From an uncultured bacterium (GTDB lineage Bacteria; Margulisbacteria; WOR-1; CAVSGV01): DNA of 32,000 nucleotides. Made by a program: the position numbers and the translations under genes. The notes under the pieces were generated by a model, which had not been told where the DNA came from, searched no databases, and saw nothing but the letters and a program-made list of their open reading frames with translations. The stretch lies in assembly GCA_963699255.1 (NCBI GenBank), contig OY969425.1, positions 810,001 to 842,000 of the forward strand. The letters are read 5' to 3'. Shown here piece after piece: positions 1 to 7,389 of this stretch (positions are counted from its first letter, which is position 1; each line of letters opens with the position of its first letter).

Positions 1-1684
1 TCACCGGATGTATCAGCTCATCTTCCACCGGCGCAACGCCGTGGCGCTTATCCCATATGCTCCTTATCTTCTTTGCGACAACGTAGGGTGAAAGCTCGCC
101 ATACCCTATCTGGACCATCAGATCATCCATATTAGGAAGATTAAATTCCTTAAGCAGCGTAGCGGTGATCTCGTCCACAAGGGCTTGAGAGGGCTCGAGC
201 ATGAATTTCTTAAGCTCCTCGTTAAGCGACGCGCAGCCTCTGCTCAGGTTCTCTTCACGTTTCTGCTTCTTGAACATGGATTTAATCTTTGTGCGCGCCG
301 CGGAGGTCTTCACAAAATTGAGCCATCCCATGCTCGGGTTGTCGACTTTTCCGGTAATGATCTCGACAATATCCCCGTTCTTGAGCTTATAATCAAGCGG
401 AACGATCTTACCGTTCACTTTTGCGCCGGTGCACCTGTGACCGACCTCGGTATGCACGGTATAAGCTAGATCAACAGGTGTCGATGAGACCGGAAGCGCA
501 TGAACGGCGCCTTTCGGGGTAAAAACAAAGACCTCATCGGTAAAAAGATCTATCTTCAGGCTCTCCATGAAATCTTTCGCGTTCGAGAGGTCTTTCTGCC
601 AGTCAAGGATGGACCGCAGCCATTCCATTTTCTGATCGAGAATGCCGGGCTTTCCGCCTTCCTTGTATCTCCAGTGCGCCGCAACGCCGTGTTCGGCGAC
701 CTTATGCATTTCTTTCGTCCTGATCTGGACCTCGATCGGATATCCCCCGTCCCCGATGACCGTGGTATGCAGAGACTGGTATCCGTTCAGCTTCGGCATC
801 GCTATGTAATCGGTGAAGCTTCCCGGTATCGGGCGCCAAGCCGCGTGAACGAGCCCCAGAACGGCGTAACAGTTTTTTACGGAATCAACTATGATCCTTA
901 CCGCAAGAAGATCGTACAGGTCCTCGAACTCAAGGTTCTGGCTGACCATTTTCCTGTAGATGCTGTAAAAATGCTTCGGACGTCCGGATATTTCCGATTG
1001 TATGCTCATCTCCGATACGATCTTCCGCACTTTAGCAACAAAATCCTCTATGCGCTCTTCTCTCTCCGCCCTTCTCTGCGCCACTTTTACCCTGATCTCT
1101 TCGTACTTGTCCGGCTCAAGATACCTGAAAGCTAGGTCCTCCAGCTCCCATTTAATCCGCCATATGCCGATGCGGTGCGCCAGAGGAGCGAATATTTCCC
1201 GTGTTTCTATCGAGGTTTCTATCTGTTTTTCTCTGGGTAGGTACTGAAGCGTTTGCATGTTATGGAGGCGGTCGGCGATCTTGATCACGATGACCCTGAT
1301 ATCCTCGCCCATGGCAAGGAGCATCTTCCGGAAATTCTCCGCCTCACGCACTTCCCTTGACTCAAAGACCAGCTGGCCGAGCTTCGTCACTCCCTCTACC
1401 AGGCATGCTATCTCTTCTCCAAAATTTTCCGCTATAGCCTCTTTTGTGACTTTGCCGTCCTCGATCACGTCATGAAGAAGCGCCGCGGCGATCGTTACCT
1501 GGTCCTGTTCAATGTCCGCGAGGATCTGCGCTACGGCGAGGGGATGGATAATGAAAGGTTCGCCCGAAAGCCTTAGCTGGCCTTCGTGATGCTTTTTCGC
1601 GTATTCGAACGCCTTCTCGATCAACGATACATTGACCTGAGGATTATATGTCTTTATTTTCGCTATTAAGTTTGAACAGTCCAA
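1..1684 (-). CDS. relA: RelA/SpoT-family bifunctional (p)ppGpp synthetase/hydrolase; the 3' end of the gene runs off the left edge of the window
   Basis: Manual minus-strand translation is open from 1684 to position 1. It is absent from the ORF track because no stop lies in the window. HD hydrolase motif: HPLAVAQILADIEQDQVTIAAALLHDVIEDG. Synthetase motif: GRPKHFYSIYRKM. TGS-like segment: FTPKGAVHALP...GAKVNGKIVPLDYKLKNGDIVEIIT. Probable TTG start at 1684 with AAGGA 9 nt upstream, 16 nt after the stop of the upstream gene. Confidence 0.9.
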   Translation of the reverse strand, partial: MDCSNLIAKIKTYNPQVNVSLIEKAFEYAKKHHEGQLRLSGEPFIIHPLAVAQILADIEQDQVTIAAALLHDVIEDGKVTKEAIAENFGEEIACLVEGVTKLGQLVFESREVREAENFRKMLLAMGEDIRVIVIKIADRLHNMQTLQYLPREKQIETSIETREIFAPLAHRIGIWRIKWELEDLAFRYLEPDKYEEIRVKVAQRRAEREERIEDFVAKVRKIVSEMSIQSEISGRPKHFYSIYRKMVSQNLEFEDLYDLLAVRIIVDSVKNCYAVLGLVHAAWRPIPGSFTDYIAMPKLNGYQSLHTTVIGDGGYPIEVQIRTKEMHKVAEHGVAAHWRYKEGGKPGILDQKMEWLRSILDWQKDLSNAKDFMESLKIDLFTDEVFVFTPKGAVHALPVSSTPVDLAYTVHTEVGHRCTGAKVNGKIVPLDYKLKNGDIVEIITGKVDNPSMGWLNFVKTSAARTKIKSMFKKQKREENLSRGCASLNEELKKFMLEPSQALVDEITATLLKEFNLPNMDDLMVQIGYGELSPYVVAKKIRSIWDKRHGVAPVEDELIHPV

Positions 1685-1700
1685 AACACTATTTCCTTGC

Positions 1701-2390
1701 TTATCTTCCGAAACCGCGCCTACTCGCTCTAGTCCTGTCCATTACACCTATGCTCGGCGGGATCGCAGACCTTCTTGCGGGCTGCCGATCACGCTGCGGC
1801 TGGTTCTGCTTCTCCGCACTGATCAGAGACTTATTTATGGCGATTATCTTACAGGAGTTCTCCAGACACGTCGTATACTGCAGCGCTTCAGATAGGCTTC
1901 CACCGACGGCAAAGCTCCCGAAATCCTTTATCAGCGAGATCAGATATCCGGATTTGAAAACCGGAGGAAGGAACTTTGCCAGATCCTCCGAGGACGTTCT
2001 TTCCTTGCCGGGAGTGATAGCTCTTGTTCTGACAACAGGGATAGACCGGAGCATCGCCTGGCCTTTTACGTCAGCGGGTATTATCTTGTTCTCCGTCCCT
2101 ATTGAAAGTGCTATCCCGTAAGGCGGATAAGCGTGAACGACCGCGCTAAAATTGCTCTCCTTGTATATCGCCCTGTGAACCTGAAGTTCCCAGGCCGCGA
2201 GTTCATCACTCTCACCCTCAAGCGGGACTTCCACGATATCCCCTTCCTTAAGATGCCCCAGCGCGGCATTTTTCTTTGTGATATATAACCTGTCTCCGCT
2301 TCTCACGCTCAGGCTGCCGCTCATTGAATCAACAAGCCCGAGCATATAAAGATCCTTGCCTACCGAACTGAATTCTTCAAAATTATTCAT
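1701..2390 (-). CDS. class II aldolase / adducin-N-terminal-domain family protein (FucA/MtnB/DrdA-like) with an Arg/Pro/Gln-rich basic C-terminal tail
   Basis: 229-aa ORF. The family-typical N-terminal motif SGSLSVR (consensus SGNxSxR) is present. VVHAYPPY matches the metal-ligand His region (consensus HTHSPY). The last ~45 aa (AEKQNQPQRDRQPARRSAIPP...RRGFGR) look like a non-family low-complexity extension. Confidence 0.75.
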   Translation of the reverse strand: MNNFEEFSSVGKDLYMLGLVDSMSGSLSVRSGDRLYITKKNAALGHLKEGDIVEVPLEGESDELAAWELQVHRAIYKESNFSAVVHAYPPYGIALSIGTENKIIPADVKGQAMLRSIPVVRTRAITPGKERTSSEDLAKFLPPVFKSGYLISLIKDFGSFAVGGSLSEALQYTTCLENSCKIIAINKSLISAEKQNQPQRDRQPARRSAIPPSIGVMDRTRASRRGFGR

Positions 2391-2394
2391 TTTT

Positions 2395-2949
2395 CTAGAC
2401 CCACCCTCTCTTTTTTATTTCTTCAAATACTATATCCGCCGCCTCCTTCGGCCCCAGTTTTTCAGAGTCAATGACCACTTCGGCATTTTCGTTCTCCTCG
2501 AACGGGACATCAACGCCCACGACCTTGCCAAGCCCCTCGAACTGCTTCCCTGTTTTCTTTCTCTCCAGCGATTTCTTGTAAAGGCCCGCAAGGACCAATC
2601 CTACGGTCCTTGCGCTTTCCCTTTTGATACAAAGAGGCAGGGGACATTTCACGTAAACCTCGATAAAATCCCTGATCCTGGACCTTGCTTCTCTGCGCCA
2701 TAATAGCTTGTGAGCTGTGGCATCATAGACAACGTTCCTGCCCTGAGCGATTTCCGATACGCCTTCTTCAATGAATTTTGAATAGACCAGCTCCCGTTCT
2801 TCGTCGGTAAATTCCGGCTTGCTGACATATTGCTTCCTGATCTCATCAAGCCTGAGATACCGGGTGTTCTTAAGTTTTTTTGTCAGCTCCCCGGCGATCG
2901 TGCTCTTGCCGCTTCCAGGAAGACCGGTTATCCACACGGCAAATGGCAT
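2395..2949 (-). CDS. P-loop kinase, adenylyl-sulfate (APS) kinase-like
   Basis: Walker A in the APS-kinase context WITGLPGSGKSTIA. Later segments (FIEVYVKCPLPLCIKRE...GLYKK...VDVPFEENENAEVVID) follow the APS-kinase layout. The ORF extends to 3024, but ATG 2949 has GGAGG 5 nt upstream, so the shorter start is preferred. Confidence 0.7.
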   Translation of the reverse strand: MPFAVWITGLPGSGKSTIAGELTKKLKNTRYLRLDEIRKQYVSKPEFTDEERELVYSKFIEEGVSEIAQGRNVVYDATAHKLLWRREARSRIRDFIEVYVKCPLPLCIKRESARTVGLVLAGLYKKSLERKKTGKQFEGLGKVVGVDVPFEENENAEVVIDSEKLGPKEAADIVFEEIKKRGWV

Positions 2950-3036
2950 AAAACCCTCCATGCTCAAGATTAACCTGATGTAGGAACAGCCTTCATGGCT
3001 GTCCGAAACTGCGGACAGGGACAAGCCCTCTCCTTA

Positions 3037-4127
3037 CTACATTTTTTTAAGATATTTGTTGATATTCTTGGGATCGAAAGCCCTGTCGTTCAAAACGTTC
3101 TTAACGAACCTTATCATTTTTCTCCGGACTCCGTCGCTTTGCATGGAATAGAAGACCGGGTGCGCGACCACGACGCCCCTGAAGGCGAAGAATATCCCCG
3201 CTGTCCTGGCAATATTCCTGTCACTCGTCTTTTTAAAATAATTATTCCAGAAAGCCGTGAACAGCTTTGCGAAAGGCCCGTCAAAAGAGCCGGACTGCAT
3301 GACGGCGAACCAGATATAATTGATCGCCATGGTCGTCACGTCATCCGCGGGATCCCCGTAAACCTCCCTTGAAGCGTCCAGCAAGGTCAGCTTGCTGCCG
3401 TCAAAAAGGATATTTCCGGGATGAAAATCCCCGTGCATCCTGCAGGGAATAACGGGGATATCCTTTATGTTCTCCCTGAACTTTGCCGCGCTGCATATCA
3501 AATTCGTGAGATTCTCTTTCGTAATAAAGCTGATCCTGTCCGGGTACGTGTCGATGACGCCTATCATCATTTCTCCGTGGCCGAGAGCGTCCCTCGTGTG
3601 ACGCCTTCTGATCGAACGAAGCTCCTCCGAAGAACCTTTGAACTTCCTGCTGTGGAGTTTTACCAGATAATCGGATAACGCCATCGCCCTCTTTATGTCC
3701 CCATCGGTCAGCCTGCCGCTCTCCATGATCCTCTGGAAATCCTGGGAATAAGATATACCGCGAGCGACCTCCACTATCTGAAAGAATTCCTTTACATCCC
3801 CGAGTGACACGAGTTCATTTTTCTTCGTGTAGCCGGAGACATCGAAAGAATCTATGTGATCCGGGACCATATGGGCCAGCTCATGCTGGAGCACGAATAC
3901 TTTTGCCCTGTCGGAAATCCAGTCATGAGAAAATTCGCCGGCATCAAGGTCCTGAGCACAACTTCCTTGATCTGTCCGCCGGAGGCAGAGAACTTAACTT
4001 TATAGCCTGTCCCGTGCCATCCCGAGCCGAGCTTTTCGTATTCGAGTATCTTTACGGATCGGCCTTCCTTGGCATCAAGGTATTTCTGCACAACGGACCT
4101 CGGGATCTTAATTTGCGTGCCTGTCAT
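3037..4127 (-). CDS. APH/choline-kinase-fold small-molecule phosphotransferase, interrupted by a 1-nt frameshift (pseudogene or assembly error)
   Basis: ORF 3852..4127 carries the N-lobe: glycine loop LGSGWHGTGY and strand EVVLRTL. ORF 3037..3894 carries the C-lobe with the Brenner motif HGDFHPGNILF and LLDASRE. The two frames overlap and join smoothly (..LRTLMPANF|SHDWISDRAKVF..) if one extra A is added to the A4 run at 3930-3933. SD AGAGGGG lies upstream of ATG 4127. Confidence 0.75.
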
Positions 4128-4155
4128 GTTAACCGTCCCCTCTTATGTGACAATC

Positions 4156-4200
4156 CCGCGACTGAAGTCGCGGTTAAATTATCCGAGACTTTAGTCTCGG
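4156..4200. other. two adjacent, mutually similar GC hairpins in the yggT-kinase spacer (possible weak or bidirectional terminator)
   Basis: Hairpin 1: ccgcgac-tgaa-gtcgcgg (4156-4173). Hairpin 2: ccgagac-ttta-gtctcgg (4183-4200). Hairpin 2 is followed by gttttc on the plus strand and ataattt on the minus strand. Confidence 0.45.
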
Positions 4201-4222
4201 GTTTTCAATGCCGTCAGCGAAG

Positions 4223-4489
4223 TTAGATCAGAGACAATATTTTAAGCAAACCCTGCTGAAGCAAGTAAAGAAGAATGATAGCGATAAAAGGGGACGCATC
4301 CATGCCTATTTTTGCCGGAGGCAGCCCCTTTCGAATGACCGATAATAACGGCTCGGTAATATCATAAGCCGGTTTAATGATCGGGTGATACCGGTTGTGC
4401 GGAAGATAGGTCAGGAAAGCCCTGATAACGATCAAAAAGTAAGCCAGGTCGAACGCGAGATTTAAAAACGACTGTATGATCAGTCTCAT
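4223..4489 (-). CDS. yggT: YggT/Ycf19-family small membrane protein
   Basis: 88-aa hydrophobic ORF with the family pattern IRAFLTYLP...ITEPLLSVIRKGLPP..GMDASPFIAIILL. It overlaps the proC stop by 4 nt. Confidence 0.85.
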   Translation of the reverse strand: MRLIIQSFLNLAFDLAYFLIVIRAFLTYLPHNRYHPIIKPAYDITEPLLSVIRKGLPPAKIGMDASPFIAIILLYLLQQGLLKILSLI

Positions 4490-5301
4490 AAAGATTTCTC
4501 GAACTCCTCGCTTATTTCCTTCGCCCTGGCGGATGCTTTTATTACGGCCTTTTTAAGCGCGCCTTTGAAATTCCCCTCATCAAGGGCCCTGAGTCCCGCC
4601 ACGGTCGTCCCCCCGGGAGACGCGACCATATTCTTCAATTCCTCGGGCGTTTTCTTTGTCTTGACCACGGTTTTGACCGATCCCAGTGCAGTTTTCAGCG
4701 CGAGTTCCATGGAAAGGTCCTTTGGAAGCCCCGATTCTATGCCCCCGTCCGCCAGCGCATTAATCGCTTCATATACAAATGCCGGTCCGCTTCCGGAAAG
4801 CCCCGTTACCGCATTCATATATTTTTCTTCCACTCTGATCGTATCCCCCACGGAAGAAAATATCTTCTCCGCCGTCTTCATGTCCTTTTCCTGGGCATAT
4901 CTGCCGCCGCATAACGCGGAAATGCCTTCTCCGATCAGGCAAGGATTGTTCGGCATCACCCTTACCATAGGTACCTTCAGCAGGTGTTTTTCGAGACTCT
5001 TAAGGGTTATGCCGGCCGCTATGGATATGACAAGCTGGTTTGATCCGACCCTGCCCGCGATCTCCGAAAGCACAGAATGCATGGATTGCGGTTTAACCGC
5101 CAGAATGATCACATCGGATGCGCTGACTGCCTGAGCATTGTCTTCTGCGGCCTTCACGCCGTATTTCTTGGATATCTGCTTTGACCGGGCAATATCTTTA
5201 TCAGATATGATCATGCTGTTCTTTGAAAAGGCCTTTGAAGATATAAGCCCGCGCAGAATAGCTTCGGCCATTCGGCCCGCCCCAATAAACCCTAACTTCA
5301 T
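4486..5301 (-). CDS. proC: pyrroline-5-carboxylate reductase
   Basis: N-terminal Rossmann motif MKLGFIGAGRMAEAI. C-terminal signature SPGGTTVAGLRALDEGNF. The ORF-track start at 5343 is a TTG overlapping sepF; ATG 5301 (MKLGF) is preferred. Confidence 0.9.
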   Translation of the reverse strand: MKLGFIGAGRMAEAILRGLISSKAFSKNSMIISDKDIARSKQISKKYGVKAAEDNAQAVSASDVIILAVKPQSMHSVLSEIAGRVGSNQLVISIAAGITLKSLEKHLLKVPMVRVMPNNPCLIGEGISALCGGRYAQEKDMKTAEKIFSSVGDTIRVEEKYMNAVTGLSGSGPAFVYEAINALADGGIESGLPKDLSMELALKTALGSVKTVVKTKKTPEELKNMVASPGGTTVAGLRALDEGNFKGALKKAVIKASARAKEISEEFEKSL

Positions 5302-5335
5302 TGTATCCCTATCTTCCGGAATAAAGCGGCTCTTA

Positions 5336-5749
5336 TTAGGCAATCATGCTTTCCTCTATGCCGCTTCTGTCCTCCACATCGGCAATGGATATATTGCTTG
5401 GAGTGAACAGGAATATCGAATCGCCGATCTTTATCATATGGCCTTCAATAGCGTATGCGGTGCCGCATACAAAATCTATCAGTCGCGTGCCCTCGGTGGG
5501 ATCCAGGTGCCTCAGGCTGATCACCACGGGATTGCCTGATCTTAGCTGTGACGAAATGGTCAGAGAGTCTTCGTAAACCTTTGGTTCGTGTATGACGATC
5601 TCGTATACGGCGGAAGTCGAACTTTTACCTTTCTTCGGGCGAAGGACGGTTTCCACATTTAGCTCCTCTCGCGAAACCTCTTCGACCGCCCCTTCCTCTT
5701 CCTCAAGACCTATGAACGCTTTTGCCCGTTTAATCAAACTGTCAGCCAT
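5336..5749 (-). CDS. sepF: cell-division protein SepF
   Basis: Acidic N-terminal part followed by the conserved C-terminal SepF core (VIHEPKVYEDSLTISSQLRSGNPVVISLRHLDPTEGTRLIDFVCGTAYAIEGHMIKIGDSIFLFTP). ATG 5749 has AAAGGGG 9 nt upstream. Confidence 0.85.
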   Translation of the reverse strand: MADSLIKRAKAFIGLEEEEGAVEEVSREELNVETVLRPKKGKSSTSAVYEIVIHEPKVYEDSLTISSQLRSGNPVVISLRHLDPTEGTRLIDFVCGTAYAIEGHMIKIGDSIFLFTPSNISIADVEDRSGIEESMIA

Positions 5750-5784
5750 TCCGATCAACCCCTTTATTAAATTAACAATTTCTT

Positions 5785-5875
5785 AATTACACAATTAACA
5801 ACAATGTGTGCTTACGCACATTTTTATAATAAAACCTTCCATAATTTTTAATTGTTCATTGTTAATTGTGTAATT
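5785..5875. repeat. intergenic palindromic element: 17-nt perfect inverted repeat built from the CAATTAACAA word, flanking a small GC hairpin
   Basis: aattacacaattaacaa (5785-5801) is the exact reverse complement of ttgttaattgtgtaatt (5859-5875). The inner hairpin atgtgtg-ctta-cgcacat lies at 5804-5821. The right arm overlaps the yggS stop codon. Confidence 0.75.
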
Positions 5876-6545
5876 GTCCAAATATTGCCCTGCCGATCCT
5901 GACCAGATTTGAACCTTCTTCGATGGCGATCTCAAAGTCGTCGGACATTCCCATTGATATGTATTTTAACTCAACACCCGGCAAATTCAACCTTTTTATC
6001 TGGCCGAACAGATCCGCAAGCGATCGAAAACTTTTCCTGATGTCCGGCTCACTGTTCGTCACAGGCCCCACCGTCATCAGCCCCGTCAGCCTGAGGTTCT
6101 TAAGACCCGAAATGTATCTCCCAATTTGGATGGCTTGGCCGGGTGCTGTGCCGTACTTGGCTGTTTCCCCTGAAGTGTTGACCTCAACAAATACATCCGT
6201 CATCCTCTGTGCCCTTCTTGAAATTTCGTCAGCCAGTCTCTCGCTGTCTACAGACTGGATAACGGAAAATATTTCGAGCGCCGCTTTTACCTTATTGGTC
6301 TGGAGGTGCCCTATCATATGCCAGGTCACAGGCAGATCTTTTATAAGGTCGAATTTCTGCTTTGCTTCCTGGACCCTGTTCTCCCCTATATCCGTAACGC
6401 CCGCTTTGATCGCCTCGTTAATAAGGTCTACAGGGACGTTCTTTGTGACAGCCACGAGCTTCACTTCGGCAGGGTCTCTTCCGGCGCGCCCGGCTGCTTT
6501 CTCGATCCGGCTTTTGACCGAAGCTATGTTGTCAGCAATTGACAT
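5862..6545 (-). CDS. yggS: YggS/PLPBP-family pyridoxal-phosphate homeostasis protein
   Basis: Typical YggS layout: VKLVAVTKNVP (PLP lysine), GENRVQEAKQK, WHMIGHLQTNKVK, SMGMSDDFEIAIEEGSNLVRIG. ATG 6545 is preferred over the TTG at 6554. Confidence 0.9.
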   Translation of the reverse strand: MSIADNIASVKSRIEKAAGRAGRDPAEVKLVAVTKNVPVDLINEAIKAGVTDIGENRVQEAKQKFDLIKDLPVTWHMIGHLQTNKVKAALEIFSVIQSVDSERLADEISRRAQRMTDVFVEVNTSGETAKYGTAPGQAIQIGRYISGLKNLRLTGLMTVGPVTNSEPDIRKSFRSLADLFGQIKRLNLPGVELKYISMGMSDDFEIAIEEGSNLVRIGRAIFGQLHN

Positions 6546-6663
6546 ATGAATCAAGTATACTAGAAAATGGAATACAAATCACAAAAAATACGACCTAATT
6601 CATCCTATGAGCGGCCTTTTTGTGTTGATTTATTGTTCCATAGTATATGTTATAATTAATTCG

Positions 6664-6981
6664 ATGAAAAAGACGTTGCTCGCGATACTGCTACTGGTGA
6701 TCTTACTGTCAACCTGCCTTGCCTCAACATTCGAGTATTATCCGATGGACATAAAGGTGGCGGGGCTTCTCAAAGATCCCACTTCTGAGTCGGAGGCTGC
6801 CTTCATATTCCCTATCGATGTGTCCCTTACGGGAATATCAAAGGACAAGCAGTGGTACAGGTTCAAGGTCTTCTATAACCTGGTATTCTTCGGAAAGTAC
6901 GAGTTCGAAGGCTGGTGCCACATAAATCCCTGGAAACCGTTCCTGACCAATGCGACTCCGGAAGTCATTGAATTGAAATAA
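6664..6981 (+). CDS. small secreted protein or possible lipoprotein, unknown function
   Basis: MKKTLLAILLLVILLSTCLAS is a signal peptide with a possible lipobox. There is no SD. A TATAAT at 6651-6656 ends 7 nt before the ATG, so the transcript may be leaderless. Confidence 0.55.
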   Translation: MKKTLLAILLLVILLSTCLASTFEYYPMDIKVAGLLKDPTSESEAAFIFPIDVSLTGISKDKQWYRFKVFYNLVFFGKYEFEGWCHINPWKPFLTNATPEVIELK

Positions 6982-6995
6982 TATTGGACCGTTAA

Positions 6996-7301
6996 TCAGC
7001 TCGCCTTGATCTCTTCTTTAATGTTCTCTATTGTCTGCTTGGAAGCTTTTATTACTCTGACGATCTCCTTGACCTGAGAATTCCCCGCAATATCAGTTTC
7101 CGATTTTTCAAGGCACTCATACACCTTTTTCCCCAGTTCGCCCATTGCTTTACTTATCTTGTTCTCTTCCATGACAATCTTGACCTTGAGGGACGCTGCG
7201 CGTGCACCCTTCTGTGTTTTGTCCGCCGCCGCGGAAAAAGTTTTTTTTGCCGCATCGCCCATATCCGAGAGCTTCCCCTTTACATCATCCCAATTGACCA
7301 T
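6996..7301 (-). CDS. small charged, probably alpha-helical/coiled-coil protein, unknown function
   Basis: 101-aa ORF with a strong SD (AGGGAGGTG) 6 nt upstream of ATG 7301. Lys/Glu-rich heptad-like sequence. No family recognised. Confidence 0.55.
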   Translation of the reverse strand: MVNWDDVKGKLSDMGDAAKKTFSAAADKTQKGARAASLKVKIVMEENKISKAMGELGKKVYECLEKSETDIAGNSQVKEIVRVIKASKQTIENIKEEIKAS

Positions 7302-7346
7302 AAAAACACCTCCCTTTTAATTGTTCAAATGATAACCACTTTTATC

Positions 7347-7355
7347 ATTATATCA
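7347..7355 (-). promoter_or_regulatory. candidate extended -10 element (TGATATAAT) for the 6996..7301 gene
   Basis: The minus strand reads ggggggg-att-TGATATAAT about 46 nt upstream of ATG 7301. No clear -35; a G7 tract sits where the spacer and -35 would be. Confidence 0.3.
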
Positions 7356-7389
7356 AATCCCCCCCATACTTAATAGTATGCAAACGATA

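Noticed and set aside
185-1475. Plus-strand ORFs 185..469, 500..1135, 1002..1247 and 1257..1475
   Set aside because: They lie antisense to a continuous minus-strand RelA/SpoT reading frame with canonical HD, synthetase and TGS motifs. That frame is missing from the ORF track only because it has no stop in the window.
3347-3356. 10-mer gcgggatccc shared with the palindrome at 23261-23270
   Set aside because: 10-mer coincidences are expected in large numbers at this window size, and there is no additional structure at 3347.
4183-4206. Plus-strand Rho-independent terminator (ccgagac-ttta-gtctcgg followed by gttttc)
   Set aside because: No plus-strand gene ends upstream of it. At most it acts on the minus strand, where the U-tract is weak (ataattt), so it is kept only as a hairpin feature.
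6625-6656. Sigma-70 promoter TTGATT ... TATAAT upstream of the 6664 gene
   Set aside because: The spacing between the hexamers is 20 nt, too long for a canonical promoter. Only the TATAAT (6651-6656) is noted, as a possible -10 of a leaderless transcript, and not called as a feature.
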